In this document: piece after piece, positions 54,411-63,129 of the stretch
Layout: each line of letters begins with the position of its first letter
Position numbering within the stretch: the first letter of the stretch is position 1
Source of the DNA: Pseudomonadota bacterium
Lineage (GTDB): Bacteria > Bdellovibrionota_B > Oligoflexia > Oligoflexales > CAIMVM01
NCBI GenBank assembly: GCA_037142195.1
Contig: JBAXBA010000001.1
Coordinates: 160,001 to 224,000, forward strand
Direction: 5' to 3'
DNA: 64,000 nt
The notes under the pieces: generated by a model
What the model saw: only the letters and a program-made list of their open reading frames with translations
Database searches by the model: none
What the model was told of the DNA's origin: nothing
Program-made: the position numbers and the translations under genes

Positions 54411-55205
54411 ATGACTGACTTCAAGAATAACGTTTTGTCATTTCTTTCTCTGATCCTGATATCGGTCAGTTGCTCGCAGGGCTGTGTAAATAACAATCAG
54501 GGCGAGCCATCCGCCCGCTCCGAGGGGTATACAGAAGCGCCTTTGAGGGAGCGAAGTCTTCCGCTGGCTAAGGAGCTCATAGGCCTCACCACACCTGAGG
54601 GAGAGAGCTTGGCATATACCGCCGATGCGAGGGCAGATCTTCTGCCGCTTCTGTCTTTCTTTCAATGGCAACAAACAACAACTTTCTGTGGGATTGCAAG
54701 CGCAGTCACAGTGCTAAACGCCCTTAAAATTTCAGCTCCGTTGGTCGCTCAGTACAACTATCAAGTTTTTACGCAAGACAATTTCTTCCAACCAACAGAT
54801 CGCAAAATGGCAAGTCGTGAAGAGGTTCAAAAAAATGGGCTGACGCTTTCCCAGTTGGGTGCGCTACTGTCTTCTCATGGTGCCAAAGTCCACGTCTACC
54901 CTTCTAACATCACCTCAAGGGAACAATTTAAATCCATAGCCATTGAAAATCTTAAAAATAAAAATGATTCCATAATAGTGAATTACAATCGAAAGAGCGC
55001 ATTTCAAGAGGGAGGCGGACATCACTCTCCCTTGGCAGCATACCATTCTAAAGCAGATCGATTTTTAATTTTAGATGTAGCACAACACAAATATGAGCCT
55101 GTCTGGATTCGCTCAGAAGATCTCTGGAACGCCATGCATACCACCGATAGCACTGACCCAAATATTTGGCGAGGGTTTTTGACTGTTGCTCGAAATGATC
55201 TGTAA
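54411..55205 (+). CDS. Phytochelatin synthase family protein (prokaryotic type), predicted lipoprotein
   Basis: QxxxxFCGIAS...VLNAL (Cys), GGHHSPLAAY (His), LILDVA (Asp), KYEPVW; lipobox SVSC. Confidence 0.92.
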   Translation: MTDFKNNVLSFLSLILISVSCSQGCVNNNQGEPSARSEGYTEAPLRERSLPLAKELIGLTTPEGESLAYTADARADLLPLLSFFQWQQTTTFCGIASAVTVLNALKISAPLVAQYNYQVFTQDNFFQPTDRKMASREEVQKNGLTLSQLGALLSSHGAKVHVYPSNITSREQFKSIAIENLKNKNDSIIVNYNRKSAFQEGGGHHSPLAAYHSKADRFLILDVAQHKYEPVWIRSEDLWNAMHTTDSTDPNIWRGFLTVARNDL

Positions 55206-55237
55206 CTCAAAAACCGCAACTTGAAAACCTATTCTAG

Positions 55238-55654
55238 GCCGTATCCATATACGGCGTAAGTCCACAAGATTCCTATCTGTCTCTAGGACACCAACAAACG
55301 AAAGTGGCGGTCAATAGCGCCGAACCTTCTAGGGCCATCTTTGAGAAGGTGTCTTAGAATGTGAGGTGCCCTGTAAGGCACTAGATCCCATTAAATAGCA
55401 GCAACATCACAATTAAATGCGGGATTCTAGTCCCAAAAACAATGTGGTAACGCATTCGTTGTGGCTTGAAGCTTTTTTTAAGTGAGCGTTGACCACCGGT
55501 CATAGACGACAAAGTAGCTATTGGTAATTTCGCTAAGGAAGCCTTTACTCACCTAAAGAAAGACTTTCGAAAATCATTTTCGCAGATCTTGCACAACGCC
55601 AACACTCGGTCTTGCGGCACATCTTTGCGACTGAGCGACGCAACCAAGATCAAG
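55238..55654 (+). ncRNA. Candidate structured non-coding RNA (unassigned)
   Basis: Consecutive stems with plus-strand G-U pairs and a GTAA tetraloop; no ORF of 60 aa or more. Confidence 0.3.
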
Positions 55655-55701
55655 AAAAAAGCAGCAATCTCATGGTGCCCAGGCGTCATCTACAATTTGG
55701 A

Positions 55702-55729
55702 CAAAAAAAGACCCCATAAATGATGGGGC
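55702..55729 (-). terminator. Rho-independent terminator
   Basis: Minus strand GCCCCAT-CATTT-ATGGGGT-C followed by T7. Confidence 0.7.
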
Positions 55730-56125
55730 AAATTAAAAAGAATTGGGATTTGTTAGAAAGCCGTCTTGAGCATTCCCTTGGACTTGAAAATTAGAGGATC
55801 TGTTTTCTATGACTCGGTCGTGCAAAAATCGGGCGAGAGAAGGGAAGCCTAGAAAGGAGAGATTTGACAGTCGAATAGAAAATCAGATGCTTACTTTGCT
55901 TAAGAGATCTGACGCGGGCGGCAGAAATGATTTCCAGTTCATGGCGAACCATTTTTCTTTTTGCATGAAGCTCTACATGGCCTAGATGATACATAAACTC
56001 TCTCGTTTTTGCGGGTTTCACTGAAAAAGGCAGACTCGTATCATAGGCCAGGCGGCCCGTCAAGGCCAAAACGGCAGGCCTAAGGGCGCTTTCAGCATGC
56101 CTTTGCGTTTCTTGTAAACCTTTAG

Positions 56126-56155
56126 AATGTATGTCGAATCAGCTCTTTTTGTCAA
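56126..56155 (-). promoter_or_regulatory. Putative sigma-70 promoter
   Basis: TTGACA-18 bp-TACATT on the minus strand. Confidence 0.45.
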
Positions 56156-56280
56156 GCGCAGAGGTTTTTTTAGAAGTTAACCTTTCAGCCTCTAGGGGGT
56201 GCAAATCAAATGGTCCGTTCTAAAAAGGAGAGAGTATTATTGATTTCTAGGAAGCTTGAAGAATATTTTGCAGAATGTAG

Positions 56281-56309
56281 TTGCGCGGTGCATTTTAGTT
56301 GGCTATAAA
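56281..56309 (+). promoter_or_regulatory. Putative sigma-70 promoter of tRNA-Arg
   Basis: TTGCGC-17 bp-TATAAA followed by a GC-rich discriminator-like stretch. Confidence 0.55.
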
Positions 56310-56363
56310 CCGTTCTGCGCCGGCCCTAGCTGCCGTGCCATGTGTGAAATGGTCCTTAAATAC

Positions 56364-56440
56364 GCGCTCGTAGTTCAGCTGGATAGAATATCAGACTACG
56401 AATCTGGGGGTCGGAGGTTCGAATCCTTCCGAGCGCGCCA
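56364..56440 (+). tRNA. tRNA-Arg(ACG)
   Basis: GCGCTCG acceptor stem, anticodon arm TCAGA-CT-ACG-AA-TCTGG, GGTTCGAATCC and 3' CCA. Confidence 0.97.
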
Positions 56441-56749
56441 TTTTTCCTTTCCATCACAACATCAGCCTTAATTTTCCCTTAAAATAAAATGACCGCCCCG
56501 GGCTTGATCAAGTGAAACTGATATTGGTTGAAACGGATTGCTGTTATTCTTAAAAAATCACTTCCCATTGTTTTTGGGGCCGAGTATCCAGTTGATGCTT
56601 TCGAGTGTACAAGGCTAAAAAGTCACAAACCACCCAGCCGTAAACCCTAACGTTCTATTACAATCCATTCGGTTTGCCGCTACTTAGGAAACGGATTCGC
56701 TCCTATCCAAGAACTAGGAGTTCTTAGCGAGGTCTCCCATCTTGATTCC

Positions 56750-57157
56750 TTAATTTGATAGTTCCGTTCGGTCGCTACTAGCCGCAATTTTGATAAAGTC
56801 CGCAGATGTGATGATTCCCAAGACTTCTCCCGAGGCGTCCGTTACAGGAACCGCATCAATCCGCCGATGCAGCATGATTTCCGCAATATCATGCATTTGA
56901 TGGTTCGGATGGCAGGTCACCAATTCGGTGGTCATGGCCAAGCCCACGTTAATTTCAGGAACATTGATAAAACCACCAACGTATACAGCGCGGAGAAGGA
57001 TGTCCCTTTCAGATAGGAGTCCCACAAGTTGGTTGGGGCTCTCTACAACGAGAAGGTGGCGAATTTTTTGTTCGCACATGATTTCATAAGCTTTATTTAA
57101 ACTGTCGTTAGGACCTACACAAGTAACGTCTCTCGTCATAAAGTTTTTGATTTTCAT
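56750..57157 (-). CDS. Tandem CBS-domain protein
   Basis: MTRDV, IRHLLVV, LVGLLSERD and VLGIITSAD; AAGGAG RBS. Confidence 0.9.
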   Translation of the reverse strand: MKIKNFMTRDVTCVGPNDSLNKAYEIMCEQKIRHLLVVESPNQLVGLLSERDILLRAVYVGGFINVPEINVGLAMTTELVTCHPNHQMHDIAEIMLHRRIDAVPVTDASGEVLGIITSADFIKIAASSDRTELSN

Positions 57158-57189
57158 GATAACTCCTTGCAAGGTAGGTTCTAGGGAAC

Positions 57190-57205
57190 TGCAATCTAAG
57201 TGCCA
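57190..57205 (-). promoter_or_regulatory. Sigma-54 promoter of the CBS gene
   Basis: Minus strand TGGCACTTAGATTGCA, a perfect TGGCAC-N5-TTGCW match. Confidence 0.8.
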
Positions 57206-57272
57206 CCTCAGAGCCTGGCCTCATTTTTGCTGTTTAGTAAAGGGCTGTTCCTGACTCGGAGGACATTGCAGC

Positions 57273-58028
57273 ATGAATATCGCGGCTGATCTGGCCGAAG
57301 AGGTTCAGAATTTGAAGGTTGCCATTCATGGCCTCATTGCTAAGTCCGGCGATAGAATAGAAAATCTTCATCAAGTTAGAGTATGTGCTAGGCAATTGAG
57401 AGCCTTTTGTTGGGTCCTTCGTCATGACTACAAGACCTCCCAGATTCAAAACCTGAAGTCAATAGCGGTTCATATGAAGCAATTGGGAGCCGCTCTGAGC
57501 TATGGACGAGAGTTAGATGTGAGTTTGGAGTGGGCCGAGAAACATCACCTTAACACAAAACCTATCCAAGCTTTGCGTGAGCAGGAAGGCAAAAAGATTC
57601 GTGTCTTTTTGTCACTCTTTCTGTCTCGGCGGGGACCAAAAATTTTGAGTCGACTTGAGACGCTGACAGATCTACTGGCCCAGAAGAGCCCCCTTCTCGT
57701 CCCTAAGCCTGCAGATCATGTGCTTCGAAAGCTCCTCCTTAAGTGCCAAAAGTCACAACCCAAGAGCAAAAAAGACTTTCATCGCCTTCGCATTTCTATC
57801 AGGAATTTAGTCTACATTTTTAAAGCGCGACGTGAGGATTGTCCCTCTAATATTGGAAGATTCCAAAAGCAACTAGGACAGCTTCATGACTTCGAGTCAT
57901 TTAAAAAACTAAATATATCCATCCACTCCCTAAAATCCCTAAAAAAAAAGCGCCATAGGCTAAAAAAGAAGATCCATAAGAAGTATCCAGGCGTTATGAA
58001 TTCTTTATCAAAAACCATAAGAAACTAA
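57273..58028 (+). CDS. CHAD-domain (polyphosphate-binding) protein
   Basis: LHQVRVCARQLR, RELDV, FHRLRI and QKQLGQLHD; very basic; GGAGG RBS. Confidence 0.85.
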   Translation: MNIAADLAEEVQNLKVAIHGLIAKSGDRIENLHQVRVCARQLRAFCWVLRHDYKTSQIQNLKSIAVHMKQLGAALSYGRELDVSLEWAEKHHLNTKPIQALREQEGKKIRVFLSLFLSRRGPKILSRLETLTDLLAQKSPLLVPKPADHVLRKLLLKCQKSQPKSKKDFHRLRISIRNLVYIFKARREDCPSNIGRFQKQLGQLHDFESFKKLNISIHSLKSLKKKRHRLKKKIHKKYPGVMNSLSKTIRN

Positions 58029-58308
58029 AAGAAACCTAACTCATGACGCTGCTTAAAACATTTCGAGGTGTTTCTCCTTTTCCTAGAGAAGGCGACCTAT
58101 AGTGGGCGTCCCAAATCTTTTTGGAATCCCACGGAGGACTGTTAGGACTAAACTCGAGTTTTTAAGCTTCCTAAAAGCAGGACTTGGGAAATCGGGAGTG
58201 AGATGGAAAGAGAGAATTCGCAGGCAAAATTCCTGACTTGGGTATCCAGCTGTCAAATAAGGGAACAGAGGGGTTCGATCGAACTCTTAAAAATCAGATG
58301 GTTAGCAT

Positions 58309-58324
58309 AGGCATAGAGATTGCT
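58309..58324 (+). promoter_or_regulatory. Putative sigma-54 promoter
   Basis: AGGCATAGAGATTGCT fits GG-N10-GC, 55 bp upstream of the lipoprotein gene. Confidence 0.6.
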
Positions 58325-58378
58325 TTAAGGACAGGCAGAGCCTCACTTTCGAGGCCAACTGTTTAAAATGAGGTTCAC

Positions 58379-58870
58379 ATGAAACTATTTACTGCGGCAC
58401 TAGCGTCTGCTTTTTTCGGAATTTCTTGCGGAAAAGCAAATGTGGAAAGCGCTCTAGATTCCTCTCACGCGGGAGACGCAAGCAAGTCAGCTTCTGGGGT
58501 GTCTTCTAGTCTTTCCGCAAGTTGCTTTGTCACCAGCCAAAAAGGAAATTCCCTAATCACGGAAAAGGCTTCTTTTGAGGTTAAAGATGCTCATCAATTT
58601 AAGCTTGTTTATACATTCACAGTGGAGACGCAAGGCGAGAAGAAGCTTGGCCGTCAGGAAATCACCGGTGTTCTCGATAGGGACTTTAATAGTGTATTCG
58701 AGCCCAGATTGACCTACTTTCTACTTTCTAGCGGCGAGTTCAAGTCTCACTTTGATGCTAAAGTGACCGAGCGTCATTTAGCTAAAACGGAGGTTTTACT
58801 TAAAAATGGCCGTCTGATAGTAGAAGAGCATGATATCATTTTGGATCTAAAGAGCTGCCAAGTTCACTAA
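58379..58870 (+). CDS. Hypothetical lipoprotein
   Basis: Signal peptide ending GISC; GAGG RBS. Confidence 0.75.
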   Translation: MKLFTAALASAFFGISCGKANVESALDSSHAGDASKSASGVSSSLSASCFVTSQKGNSLITEKASFEVKDAHQFKLVYTFTVETQGEKKLGRQEITGVLDRDFNSVFEPRLTYFLLSSGEFKSHFDAKVTERHLAKTEVLLKNGRLIVEEHDIILDLKSCQVH

Positions 58871-59100
58871 GTTTTTTTGGGTTCCGTGGCGATCTGGCAC
58901 CCTGGACTTTTTGAGTCTTCGCAATCACAAAAGCCAACCCCAATAGATACCAATTGTATTAAATATCATCGACTTCCGTCCTTGTTCGCGGATGTTAGAG
59001 CAAGATTCTTAAACAAAAAGCGTCTATAGGCCCGTTTCACCGAGCCCATAGACACTTTTTATTTAAAGATCTGTCATTGAAGATTCAAAAGCAGGCTTTC

Positions 59101-61797
59101 CTATCTGCAGTCTTCTAGATGACCTTGCAATTGTTTTTCCAGATTCAACAATTTGATTCGGTCTGTTTCCTTAGCAATAAGCTTCATCGCTTGGTCCACG
59201 CCAGCAGATTTTTCAGCAAAGGCATTTTGATCGCACTTAGACCAAATGGGGTCAGAGAAAAACGTTGAAGCTAAAACTTGGCCCTTACTTAACAAATATT
59301 TTTCAGAAAGTACCGGTATGTAGCCCAGAAAATTCTTGGCTAAGTTGGAATACCTTGAACCATATGAGGGGTTTAGCAACTTACCTGAGGCTTTGGAAAT
59401 AGGCCCAAGGCCCACGCAGTCAAGGCGAGAGCTGACGCCAAAAAGCCTTTCGCAGGACCAACTTGTTGTCTGAGCCAGTTCAGACATCACCACAATGTCT
59501 TCAAAGTCCTTTTTTGACCAAAGTTCACTAACCGCTACCTTGATAAGTTCCTTTAAATCAGAATCATTTTCACTCACTTGCTCTGGATGATCTTTAACGC
59601 GGGCGGTTTCTTGAGCTTTAAATTCCCTCGCAGCTTGAAGGGTATCTTTGAGTTGTTTCAGCTCCTCTAGAGAAACCTTCTTTTGTAAGATGCTGTTATA
59701 AAAGCTATTCCCAAAGGAATCTAAGTCTAAGCTCAGGCTCTGGTCTTTAATGAAAATAGCTAAGTCTTTCATTTCTTGAGAAATGCTGGCAGCGTAGGTT
59801 AAACTTTCAGGTTGAGCTTTAGGAGAATTTTTTAGAGACTCCAATAGAGTTGTTGTGCTCTCGGGAAATGCTTCAGACACATTATTAAAGGCGGCATAAA
59901 TTTGCGGAAGATCGCTATATTCCACGGACTTGGTGTCGAGCCAAGCAACAGTCGCACCCACCAGGCGATTCCTAATGGAAACGAGACCTGAAAACGGGCT
60001 AAGGGCGGTTTTTATCTCACTAAGTCTTGTTGACCATTCGCGCAAGTGATCTAAAGAAATTTGCCGTTGTAGGATCTGATCAAATACCTGTAACTGAAAA
60101 TCGAGATAGCCCGTATCTTTTGAAAGACTGAGTGCGTTAGTGGCTTCTTGTTTAAAGGAATCATCTAGATTCAGAGCGTAGGAAATCGCGGCAGAAGAAG
60201 AATTTGGATATTCTCTTAAGGTTTGAATTAAAGCAAGGGTTGACTGTTTAAAAGCCACATAAGTGTTGTCTAGAGCTCGGATCATCTCCTCTATGGATGA
60301 TGGGGACACGGGAAGGTCTTTAAAGGCCCAGTTCATGCCCATGAGAAAGAGAGTAGAGGCTTCAGGAGCCAAATTCTTTGACTGTTCTAAAGGAGTCCTA
60401 ATCTGACTTGAAATGGCAGCTAAGTTTGGAACTAGAACCGTTTTGCTTTGGGGATCAAGTTCCAAGATGAGATTCTTATTTTCTTTGAGCGCTTTTATGG
60501 CGAGGTCTGAAAGAACTTGGTCCCACCCCATATAGCTAAATGAACTCGACGGTTTTACACCAGAAAAGATCGTAGGAATTAATGTTTTATAGGCGCCATT
60601 GCTCGATAAAGTTAAGTCTAAGTTTTCAAACAGGATCTGACAAGGTGCCAGCATATAAACCACAGAGGGAGTAATTTGGTTCGTTAGAGCTGAGTCTTTG
60701 ACAATTCCGTAACCTCTATCTAATGCACACTCACTAGCCTCTACTGCGTCATAAGGCTTCAATTTGTCCGGCTTGGTCGAATGCACCGAATAAGAATAGG
60801 ATTCTGGACCTTTCTTTGCTTCCCATTCCAGTGCTACCGGAAGAGTTCCACGGCTCTTTGAACTCGCACCGTTGCTAAATGCCAGAACGGGTACAGGTAT
60901 TCTAACCTCGTAAGCAAGCCTAACCGTATCCAAGTTTACAAGGTCTCTTACGGAATCTAATGGAGCCATTATCGACGAATCGTTAAAGCTCGTCCAAAGG
61001 GCCGCCTTGTCACCGGCAATTCTGAGTGAAGACCAAGAGCTCAAGGAAGGCTTAAGAGTGAGTAGTCTCTTGGCAAGGTTTGGAGGGATGCCGAGCTGAC
61101 CTGCTACCAAGGTCCTTGTCGATTCCAGGGGCGCCAATTCTTTTGCCAGTGCGGGACTCAGACCTGGACTCTTAAATTCCCCGAGTCCGGCCCGCCCAAT
61201 GGCATTTATAGTAGGTGAGCCTTTGATTTCGAGTGGAGAAGGAGTCTTATCTCCCATTCCGACGCCGATATTGAAGCTAGCAGCGAGCTTGGTTTCAAAA
61301 ACCTTTTGACCGAAAACAAAGAGCTCACAATCGAGGCCGCGGCGATGGGCCTCGGCCTCTATTTGGGTGGCCACTCCGTTAATGGTCACCACTTCGGTCA
61401 ATTTACTAACTTCGTCTGAATAGTCAGTTTGATAGGAACTGACTATTGCTGCCTTTTCTCCATCGGAATAAACTAAAGATCCGGAATTCCCGTTTAGGAG
61501 CAAAAGCCCATCGAGACCGACACTTCTGTCCTGATTTTTCTCTAATTTCTCAATATTGAAATCTGAAAAAGCTTCCTCAGCAGAGCAGCTTTTTACAATG
61601 CTGGCTTTCCAGGCGTCATAGCTTTGACGGTACTCGGGAGAAAGCCTTGCCAGAGCCTCTTCGGGGGTCTTGGGTTGATCGGTCGAGGGACCATTGCCAG
61701 AGCCGCTTCGTTTACCTGAGGATTTAGAACAGCTTATAACTGAGCCTAACAAAAAAATAGAGATCGCCAGTTTCATGGACATGGATAACCTTCGCAT
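59101..61797 (-). CDS. Large hypothetical lipoprotein with an internal ~128-aa duplication
   Basis: 898-aa ORF, lipobox VISC, Gly/Ser linker. Confidence 0.8.
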   Translation of the reverse strand: MRRLSMSMKLAISIFLLGSVISCSKSSGKRSGSGNGPSTDQPKTPEEALARLSPEYRQSYDAWKASIVKSCSAEEAFSDFNIEKLEKNQDRSVGLDGLLLLNGNSGSLVYSDGEKAAIVSSYQTDYSDEVSKLTEVVTINGVATQIEAEAHRRGLDCELFVFGQKVFETKLAASFNIGVGMGDKTPSPLEIKGSPTINAIGRAGLGEFKSPGLSPALAKELAPLESTRTLVAGQLGIPPNLAKRLLTLKPSLSSWSSLRIAGDKAALWTSFNDSSIMAPLDSVRDLVNLDTVRLAYEVRIPVPVLAFSNGASSKSRGTLPVALEWEAKKGPESYSYSVHSTKPDKLKPYDAVEASECALDRGYGIVKDSALTNQITPSVVYMLAPCQILFENLDLTLSSNGAYKTLIPTIFSGVKPSSSFSYMGWDQVLSDLAIKALKENKNLILELDPQSKTVLVPNLAAISSQIRTPLEQSKNLAPEASTLFLMGMNWAFKDLPVSPSSIEEMIRALDNTYVAFKQSTLALIQTLREYPNSSSAAISYALNLDDSFKQEATNALSLSKDTGYLDFQLQVFDQILQRQISLDHLREWSTRLSEIKTALSPFSGLVSIRNRLVGATVAWLDTKSVEYSDLPQIYAAFNNVSEAFPESTTTLLESLKNSPKAQPESLTYAASISQEMKDLAIFIKDQSLSLDLDSFGNSFYNSILQKKVSLEELKQLKDTLQAAREFKAQETARVKDHPEQVSENDSDLKELIKVAVSELWSKKDFEDIVVMSELAQTTSWSCERLFGVSSRLDCVGLGPISKASGKLLNPSYGSRYSNLAKNFLGYIPVLSEKYLLSKGQVLASTFFSDPIWSKCDQNAFAEKSAGVDQAMKLIAKETDRIKLLNLEKQLQGHLEDCR

Positions 61798-63129
61798 TTA
61801 TGGGAGAATTCTGAGAGCGACACGCCTCAACCTTATTTAAAAAAGCGAGGTAGTCTTAACACCTGCCAAAACCGGCGGTCAAGGTGCCAAACTTAGAATC
61901 GCTTGGGGGCTGCTTTCAGTAACCTCTTTTGTTGCGATTAAAGAAGGCCTAGCTTGCTGGATTCGAGAGAGCTTGGGCTCATCTAGACTTTTTCGCCAGT
62001 AATTCAAGTACTGGCTCCTGACGTTGTTTTGGAGTCCCGTCAAGAGGTCATTTTTGGTTTGCATTCCCGTTGTGACAAATTTGGAGACCACCGCAAGTCT
62101 TTCCCTTTTGAAAGAGGAAAAAGGCGGATAGGAACGACATAGTTTTATATGGCGCCAGCCATGTAGGCCTATGGGTTTCTCTTCGCCAAGGAGGAAACGA
62201 TCTTCAGATAGATTTGAGCCCAAAGACTTGGGCGGTTCAAAAACTATTCTTGATGGGAGTGAATATTTAAGGGGTTATATGGATATGAATTCGCTGGATT
62301 TGTGCCCGCCTTCAAAATTATCACCCTTTTTAGATAGTTATGTCTTAGAGAAACACCACCTCCCCGACTCACCCAAAAGTCCCACAATTATCCGAAACAT
62401 CAAACCTATCAAAGCTTTGCAGCTGAGGTGCCTCATTGCTTTAAAGGGAAAAGGTGACTTTTAAGCCGCCCACGAGCGAGCTGCAAGGAGTGAGGTTTAC
62501 GGTGCCAAAAGCCCCACAAATATCGCCTATCCAGCCATGTAAGTACCATCATTTATTTGATCTTTCTAAGTAATGTGGGCGAAGGTAAACAGAGATTTTT
62601 TGGCATCCAGATAGGTGAGCCATCCCATCTACCATCAATAAAAGAATGGGGAACTATTTTTAGAAAAAAATTTTAATGAAGATATCAAAATTAGCGCCGT
62701 ATTTTTCACGACTTGTAGGCGACATAGAAGTTGCTTTTTTGATGAGTGTCTGTAATGACGTCCCATTTTTTTGGGACGAACGAGCACCGACATAAAATAG
62801 AGCCAAAAATGGTTTTTATTTTGAAGTCTTACATAAAAAATGAATCGGTCTTTTTTCGGGGAATGAGCTGCAAACGCCGTCTTTTTGCAGAAAGTAAGGT
62901 TTGGAAAGATCCCTTAAAAACCTCATTTCTACAGAAATTTTCGAAGCCTATACGAATATTGAGCCCCTTTAAATCCCTTCAGCACTCGAGCTACTCCCAC
63001 AGGTAGATTCGGTAATGGGCAGCAAATTCTAGAATATTCTTGGCATGTTGTTTTTTTTATTAAAGACTCTTTGCTTTTTTCCGAAACACCTCCGCGTCAA
63101 GAATGAGGATCTTTCGAAAGGGAATAAAA

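Noticed and set aside
52248..63100. Active prophage or integrative element at the tRNAs
   Set aside because: No integrase, transposase or phage gene, and I found no duplicated tRNA 3' end.
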